A stretch of DNA of 63,724 nucleotides, filler included, from Blastocystis sp. subtype 4 (Eukaryota), in the NCBI RefSeq assembly GCF_000743755.1. It is 4 parts of 4 records of this genome, joined end to end, with 100 filler letters (N's around TTAATTAATTAA, not from the genome) between each part and the next. Parts side by side here need not be neighbours in the genome. Positions count along the whole stretch, not along the records: positions 1 to 17,137 come from NW_014569316.1; 3 more parts are not named here. One strand, given 5' to 3'. The translations under genes and the position numbers were made by a program. Position 1 is the first letter of the stretch. The number at the start of each line of letters is the position of its first letter. Shown piece by piece: positions 1 through 12,822 of this stretch. The notes under the pieces are model-generated. The model was not told the origin of the DNA. It worked only from the letters and a program-made list of their open reading frames with translations, and made no database searches.

Positions 1-511
1 GGAAATGATGTAGTGACAGTTGGAAGTGAGGCAACAGGGACTGAGAGTGAAGCAGTAGCAATAGAGACTACACCAACAATGCCTGACTCCACAACAATAA
101 CAGCAGAACCTACAACAACTCCAGTGGAATCAGTTCCAACTCCTTTTGACCTCGAAGCAGAACTCAATCGTCGAGAAGCACGTGCAAAACGATTTGGAGG
201 TGATTTTGATCGTGAGCAGTGCAAACAAATGATTTTGAATGGACGAAGGACTTCCTCTCAAGTCATTCCTCAACCAACCCAAGAGAAACAAGATGATAGT
301 GTGATAGCTGCTCGTCGTGCTCGTTTTGGTGTTCCTGATCAAACCAAAGAACAAAGACGACGTGAACGATTTGGAGAACCAAATACAGATGAGTCAATTC
401 GAAAAGCTCGTGTGTCTCGATTTGGAGAAGTAGATCAATCAAAACTACAACGAGGGAATAGAAAACGAATGGGAGTTCTTTCCTCTTCTCGAAAGATACA
501 TCGTTTCAGAT
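1..511 (+). CDS. THO1/SARNP(CIP29)/MOS11-like RNA-binding protein, C-terminal part (5' end outside window); stop predicted to be created by polyadenylation at T511
   Basis: Repeated RRxRFG motifs (RAKRFG, RRARFG, RRERFG, RVSRFG) typical of the Tho1/MOS11 C-terminal domain; codon-initial T511 lies 5 nt before TGTTTGTT (516-523). Confidence 0.6.
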
Positions 512-515
512 GGAT

Positions 516-523
516 TGTTTGTT
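516..523 (+). promoter_or_regulatory. TGTTTGTT polyadenylation motif (predicted last templated base T511)
   Basis: Exact motif; T511 is codon position 1. Confidence 0.8.
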
Positions 524-542
524 CAAACAAAGAATGGGTTAC

Positions 543-1767
543 TTATAAGGGAAGACTAGGAAGTCCAGTAACATCACAAATGTTAGCAAACACTTGGAAG
601 TACTTCAACTCATAGTCAGACATAGGCAAAAGCTGATCCAATGTCTCAATCGCAGCATAGTAACACTTGGTGTTCTTAACACGAAGCTCCACAGGCTTCA
701 TCATCTCATCAAAACGATCCAGACCAACAGTACGAGCAACCACCTCACGTACCAAACGATCTGTCTTCTCACGCAGAATAGCTTCCTGACGATACTCCTC
801 AATCAAAGATTCACGAAGTTCAAGGGTAAGGTCATTACGAGCCAGCTGATTGGCAAGGAACAACAGCTTGTTATCACGCGTATCCCAGAATGTTGTGGGT
901 TTGATGGCTTCTGAAGGATGTACAATCTTCTTGTTCACACCAAAGAACTCAGCCAGAGTTTCATTACGGAATACTTCCGAAGCCCATTGTTTAGGCTTGC
1001 TCTTTGCCATACTATTGGCAATGTACTTGAATTGTTCATCGAAGTTATCTGCACCACCATTCTCATCCATATCCTTCATGTAAGCATAACCAAATTCCTC
1101 AGACAAACAAGCACCAATATGTTTACCATGGACCAAATCCTCAGGAGGACAGAAACAAGCCCAACCAGATACAGCAGCATCTGTGGAAGTCACCACATAG
1201 ATGTTGAGATCATCAGGGAAATCAACCATCATGGTAGCAGAGTCACAAGCCTCCAAATACAATACAAGTTCCTTAAACATCTTCTTCTCAGCCATCTGCT
1301 TCAATACATCCTGTAATACGTTCATTAATCAAACAAATCAGATTAGGAGCACCATGATCATAGTAGTTGATGAAGACCTTATCCTCCGAAGTGGATTTCA
1401 GTACCTTCTTTCCATTTCCATTCTCAACTCCTAACAGACAATCAAAGAGATTCTCCTTTGTGATATCCTTATCCTTGTAGTCAATCACAAGACCTTCATA
1501 ATAATCCTTGGCATCATCACCAGGAAGGTTGTACAGTTCTCCAGGGAATGGATTCTTAGGAGAATTGGCAACATCATCATAATCAAACACAATGATATTC
1601 TCAGGTTTCACTCCATAGTCCAGATACTGATGATACTGATGAGCAATATTGGCTTGATGACGGTAGTTCGAATAACTGTTGGAACCGCCGATAATGATAG
1701 CCCAGTTGTCTGCAGCAGCAAGTCCCAAGAGGACAGCAAGAAGAGTAATCGAGATAAAAGATCTCAT
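543..1767 (-). CDS. Legumain-like asparaginyl endopeptidase (peptidase C13) with signal peptide; apparent frameshift near 1316
   Basis: Signal peptide MRSFISITLLAVLLGLAAA; NWAIIIGGS..YSNYRHQA; catalytic DHG and EAC motifs; the two halves are in different frames with no plausible intron between them. Confidence 0.9.
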
Positions 1768-1882
1768 TAGTCAAAGTAACTTACGAAATAAGATATGAAA
1801 ACAAATGAGGCATTTTCCACGTTTCTCCTTTAGAACACAAATGAAGTCAAACAAAACAAAACACATGTTTGAAAGTGATTTA

Positions 1883-1890
1883 AACAAACA
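1883..1890 (-). promoter_or_regulatory. TGTTTGTT polyadenylation motif (T1895)
   Basis: Exact motif; T1895 is codon position 1. Confidence 0.8.
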
Positions 1891-1894
1891 CTCC

Positions 1895-3222
1895 ATGACT
1901 GCTCTTCTTTCAGAGCTTCAACCATCGGTTTTAATCGTTTCTGTTGTTCTTCCTTAATCGTCTCTTCTCCAACTTCACTTCTCATCTTCTTCACTTCCTC
2001 TTGCATATCATCTAAAAGACCCAATTCCACATTTCCCACAAAGTCAGCAAGTACAGAAGCATCAATAATCGCAGTACAATTCTCATAAATGTTCTGAGCA
2101 TGTGTGTTGTGAACAATGTGACCATTCTACTCTCCACCCACAACCTAATACCTACTACACTTGACCCAGGTTTCTGAACCACACCTTCAATCATTCCTTT
2201 GCAAATTCCATTTATATCAAACACACCTCCTCCCAACATTCCTATTGGAACAGCTTCTTGTGTCATCAACATGGACCGACCTTCACTGCTCTTCAATACA
2301 CGTCCCTCAATAGTCTATTCATCGTTCCACATTCTCATTACTACATGAGGAATCATCAATGATTTGTCACGTCCATCCTCACCAACAAGCACTTCTCGAC
2401 GATGTCCTACTAACAGAACAGGCTATGTCTTATCTGTCCACACATCCATACTTCACCTCGCTGAGGAGTCACTTCATCAATCTCGCAGCCTATTACTGTG
2501 TTGTATGGCTTATCTTCCTCACGAAGTCTTTTCATAGAGGTTCCAGTGATTGGATCTACATTGTTCTTATCAACCACTTCTGCAGGACGATCAAGGAAGG
2601 AAATCCGATTGGAATCATTTGTCACCTTGTCAATAAACTCATCTACTGCTTCTAAACTCGATGGAAGAGCTTCTTCTTTGGGTACTTCTCTCTTGGACGA
2701 TTCTTCCTCACTCTCTTTTGAATTCATTCCATACAATTTCAATGATAATAGTGCCTCACGCTCCTTGTGAAGATGGAAACAACACAGATCACGATACTCA
2801 TGAGCAATCAAACGAGGATTCACACCAATTCGATTCGTTACATGTCCTTCCATCTGAAATCATCACATCCATCTTATCCATACATCACGGAACTCAGCTG
2901 TCACAATCACATTCTCTTCAGTTACATCGTTCAACCAAGGAAAGGAAGACTCTACAGTGAATTCATCAACAATTCAATACCTGGAAAGTAGTTTTTGAAG
3001 AGATACGGAGCAACAACATGAAATGGACAAACAAAGTGATATTTGTATTCATATTGACGATTTGCAAGTAATGGGAGACACGAAGACATGGCCAACACTT
3101 CAAAGCGATCCATACCCTAGAATTCATTCTATTATCTCATCCAATACCTTTTCAGGGACTCGATACCATGAAGTTACGGTCATTACTGTCTTCTGAGCAC
3201 TCTTCTTTACAGCAGATAACAT
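1895..3222 (-). CDS. Trypsin-like (PA clan) peptidase-domain protein, possibly catalytically inactive; multi-exon; poly(A)-generated stop
   Basis: Spliced product has CPFHVVAP (His motif), YRDLCCF (Asp motif) and GMLGGGVF (nucleophile motif with Leu); ~30-nt GT-AG introns. Confidence 0.5.
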
Positions 3223-3320
3223 TTATGTCCAAATACACAAAATGTTGAGTACCAATAGATCTACAAAGAAAAAGAGAGAGGTGTTGAATTGAACAAACAC
3301 ACAGGAACTAAACCATATTA

Positions 3321-4228
3321 CTACACAAGAAGAACAGCATTAATGCATCCATCCATTTCAGGATTATTCGTTACTTGAGCGTACTTGCCTAAACTTCACT
3401 TTCAGTCTCTAATTCTACCCCAAACAACCTTTCCAGACTCTGTAACCAATCCTAATTCACTCACATTCACCTCAATAATCGTTCCCTTGGTAATCACACC
3501 CAATTCGGAATACAGCTTGCTCTGAGGATTCTTCTTTACTCCAATGATATCCAGACAGAATGTTGTTTTCAATTCAGGATGTGTTACATGAGCCTTCTTA
3601 AACCGAAGACCTGTAGGTCGAATGAAACGTTCATATTTTGGAGGTTTTCGAGTGAATCCTTCACCTACGAATGTCACTTTCGTGATCATACGCTTCCATT
3701 GGTTCTGTTTACGCTTTCCTGTTGCCAGAACTCGGAACATTTCAGCATCAGCCAGAGGAGTAACCTTTGGAATTGGAACTGTCCATTTTCCAGCCTTCTC
3801 CTTACGTTTCTGCTTCACCGTATTACTCAGGATCTTCGAACGAGACACACCTTCACGATCCAACAGATATGTAGGAAGAGCTCCTTCAGGACTGGCATCT
3901 GTTGTGGCATGTTTGTTACTACGTTCTTCATGCATCTTAATCCTAAAACTCAACTACTACTTCAACACTTACTCTTTCTTCATCGCAGCCTTCTCCTTGT
4001 AGCGCTGAGCACTATGCAATTTAGCCTTAATTCCACGAATCTTCTGGGCATACTTCGCACTCTCATGACCAGCTCGAGCTTCCTTCTTTCGTCTATTGAT
4101 TATACCATTTTCCACAAACGAACTTCTTCTCGAAATAGTCCAGACGAACTCCATTCCTCTTCTGAAACAACTCAATATGCTCGTTCTGAGGCTACAACCA
4201 TTAAAACGAGTCTATACAATCCTACCAT
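3321..4228 (-). CDS. NSA2: Ribosome biogenesis protein NSA2
   Basis: Spliced [13 protein letters not shown]...[11 protein letters not shown]...[18 protein letters not shown]...[10 protein letters not shown]. Confidence 0.97.
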
Positions 4229-4338
4229 CTCTCTATTGACGAAAAGGGGAGTTCTGAATGAAGTTAAAAGGAATCTATTGATTCAGGCGTTTCAGTAACA
4301 AAACAATGACGATTTATGGAATCTGATCAAATAGTCAA

Positions 4339-4346
4339 AACAAACA
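4339..4346 (-). promoter_or_regulatory. TGTTTGTT polyadenylation motif (T4351)
   Basis: Exact motif; T4351 follows ...FYERCDD. Confidence 0.8.
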
Positions 4347-4350
4347 CAAG

Positions 4351-6824
4351 AGTCATCACATCGTTCATAAAATACCAGATAACATTCAGAAATAGGAGCA
4401 TCTACAGCTTCCACCACTTTGGAATCATTGCAGAGAACCCAACCTTTCACTCTCTCTTCTTTGTAAACAGTTACATAATGACCGAAATCTGCTTTCTTTC
4501 CTCGATGAAGACACGAAGCACGAAGTCGATATCGTTGAGTGACACTTCTATTCTCAACTCTTATTATGAACTCTCACGTCTCTTCATCACACTGTCGAAC
4601 CCAAATCTCCTCATCCACTTGTACAGGAGTCGTATTCTTGGAGATTGTGTAGGTTTGAGGATTGATCAGAAATCGATTTACACGAATACAGAGAACCATA
4701 GGGAACGAATCAAGAACTGGATATCGATTCCAAATGGTTTCTAGAATAAAGAAGGGAATCAACGAATACGATGACCACATGTGGAACATGAACGTTCAAG
4801 ACACTCTCCTTCAAGACTAGAGTTGATGAATGATTGAAGAGATGATTTGGAACTACTAGGATTCGAATCTTGTTCAGTATCAGGCAACTGAACAGAAACA
4901 CAGTTGTCTTCATCTTGAGGAGACTCTTGAATCGATCCACATTCCAAACACTAGGATTCATTCTTATCATCCATCAATACCTTCATTCGATAATGTAACG
5001 ATAACTTGAAAACCTCTTTGAGACCTTGAGGTGAGAATCGCTCCAAAATATCCAGAAGGACTGTTAACAGCTCATAACAGTCTACTCATCACATTTCTCT
5101 CTCACTTTCACCTTGCTGCTGAGTATTGTTGAATTCACTAGCAACACCACCAATTGCTTGTTTGAGCATCTGAGGTCGAATGGGTTCCTCTCTTCCTTCT
5201 CGCATAACTTGACCAACTTTCATCAGTTGACACAATACACATTCAGTTGGATTCTTTTCACAATGCTGATAGTGATTGTACCATCCTAATGACTCCATCT
5301 GAGACACTACAGGAATACAATGGAACAAGACTTGAAGAATCGAATTCAGATAACAACTGTTTCCAAGGTTGATTAGACCACAACAATTAGGACCTGAATG
5401 AACTGGATAAGCAATACCCTGATCATTGTTCTATTCATTACACTCAACTCTCATACTCACCATTGAGAATTCAAAATCCTTATTGACTAGAAGGTTCATC
5501 TCCAAGAGGGATTTCTCTCGATTCGCACTAGAAAGACCCACCACATGACCATCACGAATCACACCAAATCGAGTCAATACCTCCATCACACGATCAAATA
5601 ACACATCACCATAGTTGTTCATAGGATCTTCATCACATTTGTAACAGTGAACATCTGCTCGGTTCTATATCATAGCCATTCATTATTGTTACTTCTTGAA
5701 GTGAACCCACTTTCACTGATAAACAATGTCCTGTCTGTTGGAAATGTTCCAAAGCATGACCATTCCCTAGTGATCAGATCTGTTTCTCTTTCATCACCTG
5801 GCACACCTGTTGAATCCCATTGTTTGCGTCCACAATGAAATTGACCACATTCAAGACATAACCACAGATTCTCACACAAATCACATTGAGTACATTTCCA
5901 ATAAGCTATTCATCACATTCTTCATTCATATTCACATGTCACTGGATCCATCATCACTTGAGGACAAGGAGAAGGTAACTGATAACTAATACAATGAGGA
6001 CAGGGTTTGAGATTCTCTCCTTCCCATGAACATAACTCTTTCTCCTTTTCTCCTGAAACACGAAGAAGAATCCTTTCTCCCAACTCTCGATACTAGGTCT
6101 CAGTCACTTCCTTGTCCTACGAAACCTTCAGCTTCAAATACATTCTTGCAGGCTTCACATCTCACTTTCATATCAGTCTCATAATTCTTAGGTGGTTCTG
6201 GTTCAATCGCTAATCGAGTGAGTGTAGAAGCATTTGATTCTGTAGGGAGCTCAGTTCGATGAATCTGAAGAAAGAGAGAGTGACCTGTTTTCTCATAGTG
6301 GAACCGAGTGTGCTCTCGAACACCTGTACAGAAACCAAGATAACAGGAGAGACAAATACAGATTCCATTGCCGTCCTCCTTCAATATCATTTCTCATCCA
6401 CACAAATACCCAACTATCAAAACAATACACACATTCTTCTCGATACACAAGAGTATCACTTCGTAATTCCTTGATCTATTCATAATCACAATTCCATTCC
6501 AATCACATTTCCTTGACAATGATCACACAACAAAGGAATTGAACTGGATGTAGTATTTGCGGCCATCAATGGATTTGATCCACCGTTTGAAGTTGATTGA
6601 GATATATTAAAAGGAACACCTCCACTAAACAATCAGTTTTGATCGAAACAAAGTAATACTTCTCAAAAAATAAAGAAACTGCTATAAAATCATTCCTCAT
6701 ACAGATTCAAAATACCAGAATCCATCGACCAACCACAAGACTCGAGACAGTGGACAGCAACATCAAATTCACATCCAAACATCTCACATAGATTTAGCGC
6801 CATTTCTTGTTGATACTCCTCCAT
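4351..6824 (-). CDS. USP5/USP13/Ubp14-like deubiquitinase (N-terminal UBA-like, two ZnF-UBP, USP catalytic domain); poly(A)-generated stop
   Basis: ENLWLCLECGQFHCGRKQW ZnF-UBP; GLINLGNSCYLNSILQ Cys box; FNNTQQQ; HRGKKADFGHYV His box; WVLCNDSKV; YLVFYER. Confidence 0.88.
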
Positions 6825-7207
6825 TTTCAATAGACTGTAGAAAACAATGAGAATAGGATATTGATTTTAACACTTTGAATGAAGAAGATCAGATTCAAGA
6901 ATCAAGTAGAAGAAATGAAAGGAAGAAAGGAAGAAGGAGTGAGATGAAGAAATTGATATCAGATAGAAACAAGGTATTAGAATCGATTTGATATGTATGG
7001 AAATAGATTCAACTTGCTGTTAATGAGAAATGAAGGAAAGAAGATCCTCATAGTGATTATTATTAATCAAAGAATCACTGTACATACAAAACTGGTCAAG
7101 TCAATAAACAACAATTCTTGACTATCTATTTCTCAAATAGTATGTAATGAGACAGAGATGATAATAGTATGTAGAATTGGACAAGTGTGAAAGACTTGAG
7201 TTAGAGA

Positions 7208-8636
7208 ATGGATTTGAGAGTCGGTTACAATTATCGACTTGGAAGGAAGATTGGAAGTGGTGCATTTGGTGACATTTACATTGGAACAGACATTTCGACT
7301 TGTATTGATGAAATAGGNNNNNNNNNNNNNNNNNNNNNNNNNNNNACTTCTCGAAATCCACAATTGGGTTTTGAATACAAAGTGTACAGACTGTTGAAGG
7401 GAGGGGTTGGCATTCCTTCTGTATATTATTATGGAGTTGAAGGCACTTTCAATGTGATGGTGATGGAGTTACTGGGTCCAAGTCTTGAGGATTTGTTCAA
7501 TTACTGTAATCGTCGATTTTCATTGAAGACTGTATGTATGTTGGCAGAAGAGTTATTGTTGCGATTGGAATACTTGCATAGCAAGAATTTCATTCATCGG
7601 GATGTGAAGCCAGACAATTTTGTAGTTGGATTAGGAAAGAAAGCGAATCTCCTTCATGTAATTGATTTGGGTCTGAGCAAACGATATCGAAATCCTCTAA
7701 CAAAGAGTCATATTCCGTAGAAACAGAGAGAATGGATAACAGATAGATATCGAGAAGACAAGACCTTAACAGGAACTCCTCGGTATGCATCTCTAGGGAA
7801 TCATTTGGGGATGGAACAGAGTCGTCGAGATGATGTGGAATCATTGGGTTACATTCTGTTGTATTTCCTTCGAGGGAAGTTACCTTGGCAAGGATTGCAT
7901 GCTGATACAAAGAAAGAGAAATATACAAAGATTATGGAAATGAAGATTGAAGTGAGCTATCGAAGCTGAACTTGATTGTAGATGTCAATATCTGAACTCT
8001 GTTCAGGTCAACCAGATGAGTTCAAAGTATATATAGAATATTGTAGAGCACTTCGTTTCGAAGATTGTCCTGATTATAGGTATCTTCGTGCGTTATTCAG
8101 TGATTTGATGAAACGAAAGGTACAAATGAATACGAAATATGATTCAAAGCAATTTGCAGATGATGGGATATATGACTGGATGGATGAGTCTATTGCTCAT
8201 AATCCTACTGCCTTACCAAAACATTGTGTTGGTCCAAATGGAAGTATTCGGAAAGATTTGTTACGTCCTGCATCTCAAGCGTATCGTGAAGCACTGTTGA
8301 TTTCAGGTAGAGACGAGGTGATAGAGTGATGAATAGAAGCTCAAGAACTCAAAGGACAATCAGGAACTAGCAATTCATCGCTTCCTCAACGAGTTTTGTC
8401 TTCATTGACATCAACAGCATCCAAATTGTATGGGTAGGCAATGAAAGAGATGATAATGAGATAGAAGTCGAAGTGAGACAATGGAAGAACCACAGAATGA
8501 ATCCAAGGGAACCAATTCACGAACTCCAAGTGCTCAACCTGGGAGATCAGGAATGAATACAGGAGGGAATGGGAAAGGTCCTAGTCGAATAGGTACTTTC
8601 CGTCGTTTGTGGCATTTGGATTCTCCATCGAATTGA
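7208..8636 (+). CDS. CK1: Casein kinase I
   Basis: [51 protein letters not shown]; short N gap at 7318-7345. Confidence 0.97.
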
Positions 8637-8682
8637 TTGTCTCTTTCTTATGTTTGTGAGATAGATAGCTCTAGTATGAAGC

Positions 8683-8690
8683 AACAAACA
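8683..8690 (-). promoter_or_regulatory. TGTTTGTT polyadenylation motif (T8695)
   Basis: Exact motif; T8695 follows ...LPFKR. Confidence 0.8.
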
Positions 8691-8694
8691 ATCA

Positions 8695-9784
8695 ATCGTT
8701 TAAATGGCAACTCAATTCCTAACTCTTCTTCTGTTTCTAAGCCTATCATTTCCTACACATCATTCTCTCTTCTGACCTCAACAGTAATCTCTTCATCACG
8801 CTTCTCCATTCCATCTGCCAAATTCCCTACCATCTCTCGACATACACTTCGTCGTTGTCTCCAGATCTTCTGAACCCGACTGATCTCAGTTCGTAATACC
8901 TCGAATTCCTTTGGATCAATCATTTCAGCTCTTTCTTTCAGCATTTCCCACAATTCCTACCCCTGTAATAAAGCCACTCGTTCTTCCATCTTCTGTGTTG
9001 ACTCTTCCATTCGTTTTATCTCCTTCTCTAACTCCTCATCACTTAATGACGAGTCCAACTCTTTCAATTCTACCTCTCATTCCAATCCTTTATTCGTACC
9101 GTTCCGTAGAATTGCAATTTCACTCTGAAGACTCTTCACTTCACCATCCAAAGTGGTGATTTCTTCATCCATTGCCTTCAACTCACTCTCAGCAACTGTT
9201 GGGAACTGGCTTTGGTCAGCAAAATACACTTTGCTCTTTCCATATTCCTTCTCAATAATCTTGCCTCTTGAGTTCACTTACAACCAACAAATCTACTCTT
9301 TGGCCAATTGAGCAAGAATTCGCACCACATATGGCTTCTTCACTTCCTTGTGCAGATTCTCAAAAATGGTTTGTGGACTGAAAGGCTTGTTCTGTTCATT
9401 GATATACCGAAGAATCACTTCATATCCTTGTTTTTCTGTTAATTCCTTCTTTTTAGGTTTATCTAGTCAATCAAAATCTCAAAACATGTTAACCCTCACT
9501 TGCTTTCTTTGTACCTCCACCTATTCATGAATCATTATATCCGTAACTACGTTTAGTTCCAGATGTACTTGATTCTGTCTTTGCTTTCTTTGAAGCTTTA
9601 GCCGGGCTTTTCTTATCTGGCGTTTTTCGTTTCTTTGAACTAGATTCAGTTCCTCCTTCGAAATCCTAATCATCACTAAAAATTCAACAGCTCAAACATC
9701 CTCAGAAAACAGACCTAGATCTTCCTCATCATCATCGGTTTCATTTATCTCCTGGGGAATGTCATAGGCATCATCATCACTCAT
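8695..9784 (-). CDS. HOP2: HOP2/TBPIP homologous-pairing protein; poly(A)-generated stop
   Basis: ILRYINEQNKPFSPQTIFENL...GKIIEKEYGKSKVYFADQSQF winged helix; coiled coil; C-terminal WRQRRSVCREM..EMIGLETEEE. Confidence 0.85.
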
Positions 9785-9858
9785 TGCACTTGATTTGGTT
9801 TGATTTGGAAAAGGCGGCAAAATGAAGGCAGAAATCGGTAGAATAATCGGGACGCAAT

Positions 9859-10829
9859 ATGGGACATGACTTGTTTTTGAATTATCGTTGGATTGAAGAG
9901 TTCTTGATGTTAGCTGTATTCACGAATCTTCTTAATTCCAAGAAGATTAGTGGTCCAAGACTAGAACTTCGTCTAATACGTCCTTCTCGTACTACTGATT
10001 GTTATTGTGAATGAATAGCTTCAAGAAAACGATCAAGACAAAATACAAAAGTAGTGAATACAGAAGAAACAAAAGATGAGAATGAGAAGAGTAAGAGTGT
10101 TTGAGGATTCTGTGATGAATAGAATCAAAATTGAGTGATTATGGACTGATTGAAACAAATGAAGGACTTCAATATCATCCTGAGAGTGTGAAAGAGAAAC
10201 NNNNNNNNNNNNNNNNTGTGACAAAAGATTCAAATAGATCTATGAAACAAAAGGAAGTGGTATGAATCGGAAGTGTACTTGAAAGAAAGGAAGAGACTCG
10301 TACGAAAGTGCTGAAGAAGACTCCTTGTCGGTTCTATCAACGTGGTCGTTGTACAAAGGAGACTTGTGAGTTTCTTCATGAAGGTCCTCCTCCATTGTGT
10401 TATAATCTATTGAAGAACGGTAGTTGCGATACACGTACGAATATGAATGGAAGTTGATGGAAAGCAGGCTGTATCTACAACCATGAAACAAAGAATGTGG
10501 GTTGTATGTTCTTTCATATCACTCACAATTGTAACCGAGGTGATGCTTGTCGTTTTAGTCATGCTCCGATAAGTGAAGCTGAATTGGAGAATCTGCGTCG
10601 AATAAGTGAAGAATTGGAAATGGAGAAGAAATCTGTAGGGATGAATAGAAAATGTGAATAAAAGACAATGCCTAGTGACATTGCGAAAGCTATGTTAGAG
10701 GAAAAGAGTGATGAAGTGGAACCAAAGGAATCATTTGAGAATGTCCCAAGTCTGAGTATTCAACCAGTAGAAGAAACACCTGAATCAGAAAGTATTCCAT
10801 CCATTGAGGATGATGATTTGTTCTTTTGA
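9859..10829 (+). CDS. CCCH zinc-finger protein (three fingers)
   Basis: Spliced PCRFYQRGRCTKETCEFLH, LCYNLLKNGSC..CIYNH, CMFFHITHNCNRGDACRFSH. Confidence 0.8.
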
Positions 10830-10853
10830 CATGTTTGAAAGAAACAAATGAAA

Positions 10854-12669
10854 AGAAACGTCGATGTGCTCTCCATTCCAACTTCCATTTCTCCATATCA
10901 ATTGGATGAGATTCAGGAGTCGCTTCTTCATCCTCTCTCCAGATCTATTCTTCATTCTTCATTCCTTCACTCACTTTAATGGATTTATCTGCTTCACAAG
11001 TGATCAAACGAGTACCTGTTAAATCGAATGTGCTTGCAAAGATACCAGCTTCACTATCCAACGATCCTACTTCTCATCCATTCCTATCTCCTTTACCAGG
11101 TTGAACCACAGTACGTTCCTCTTGGAAGCAATATCCAGTCTTCCAATCACAGAACCGGAACATTCCATTATCACCTCCAGCAAATAACAGTCCTTGTCGA
11201 TTCACAGAGATCGTATTCAACACATAATTATGACCACTGATATTACCTAAGAACTCAGCCTACAAATTACGAATCTCTCGATCATCCACATTTGGACATT
11301 TCCACTTCTTAATGTTGTCAGCAGATGCTGTGGCGAATACATAGTCCCTATCTCATACTCCACAATCAATTATACTCAGGATGGAATAACACAGATCGTA
11401 CTCCTTTCTTGTGATGTGTTAGAATCGCAGTTGTTGTGCCTGCTACCAAATCCCATGTACGCACAGTCGCATCGGCTGATCCAGTCACTACTTGAGGTTC
11501 TCCTGCCTGTGTAGCAACAGAGTGAATGGTCCCTTTATGACCTCCCAATACCATCACTTCAGCCTTTGTGCGAATATCCCAGACTCGAACCACACTATCA
11601 CGACCTCCTGTGAACAACAGATCCAAAGTGGGATGTGTAGTCACACAATACACACCACTCAAATGACCATGATACGATCGAATCACCTACATCACAGATC
11701 CTCCTTATACTCACTTCATTCCGCTCTAAATCCCAACACTTTACTGCCTTATCTTCACCACAGGAGAACAGATAAGGAGATCGAGAGGAAATGGCTACAC
11801 CACGCACAGTATGTGAATGACCTGTGAGAGTTAGTTTCAAATTGCCTGAGGCCAGATCCCACACTTTGATGGTTCGATCTGCACTTCCTGTAGCGAACCA
11901 TTCATTACTCACATCCATAGCAATACAACGGACCCATCCCAAATGACCAGCAATCACTCGAGACAATTTCCATGGAGCATGCCACTCCGGGACAGGAACC
12001 TTTTGATCGCGAGCCTTTAATACCAGAGCATTTGTTGTCTATTGTTCATTCCTTTCCTGTGCTTCTCACTTTCTTTTCTTCTTGCGGTTTGTAAGCAACG
12101 ATACTTGAACTTGGCATAGGACTACATTGTACCATTTGTTCTATTCATACCCCTTCTGACGCTCTTTTTCCTTCAAGGCCTTTACTGCCAAATCAATTGC
12201 ACTTTTATTTGGTTCTGTTCGAGTACTGCCTCCTGAAAGAGGAACACCTATCTTAGACTCATTTAGTAAGAATACCTGGAGCAGAAGGATAGGCATGAGT
12301 CCCTTCAACAATAATCTTTGTAGCTTCTTCCTCTGGAATCGTTTCAACCTTTAGATCCTCTGATTTTGATAGTTCGGCTGCTTCTCGTTTCTTTGACTTC
12401 TTCTTTGGTATATATTCTTGTGCATTCTCATATTCACTCACTATCTTGGTCGATAAACGGATTCTAGACCTAAAAGAGTTACTCTCCATCAAAATCGCAT
12501 ACCCATCTTCATCTTCTACTACATCCTTGTCGAATGACTTTATAAATATCTCATTTGTGATTTCAGAATCTCGTTTCACCACTTTCTCCACCGAGAACAA
12601 ATCGGCTGAAGCGTCCTTCTATGATGAAATCATAACTTCTCCAACACATACATGAGTACTCGATGGCAT
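10854..12669 (-). CDS. PLRG1: PLRG1/Prp46/PRL1 WD40 splicing factor; probably ends RAHRRF at a poly(A)-generated stop
   Basis: [82 protein letters not shown]. Confidence 0.95.
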
Positions 12670-12822
12670 TTCGTGATACAAGGTTCTATGAGTTTGGATT
12701 CACTATATCGAATATGGGGGATCCCCTCAAATCGATATCGCAGTTTTGGACTTGATAAAAACAAACAGATTGATTGCAGCAACAGTAGAAAAGGGTTTGC
12801 TTTTCCTGAGCTTTTCAGGCAA

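Noticed and set aside
4441..4470. Suspected frameshift near the USP5 His box
   Set aside because: Re-reading shows it is in frame (GHYVTVYKEERVKGWVLCND)
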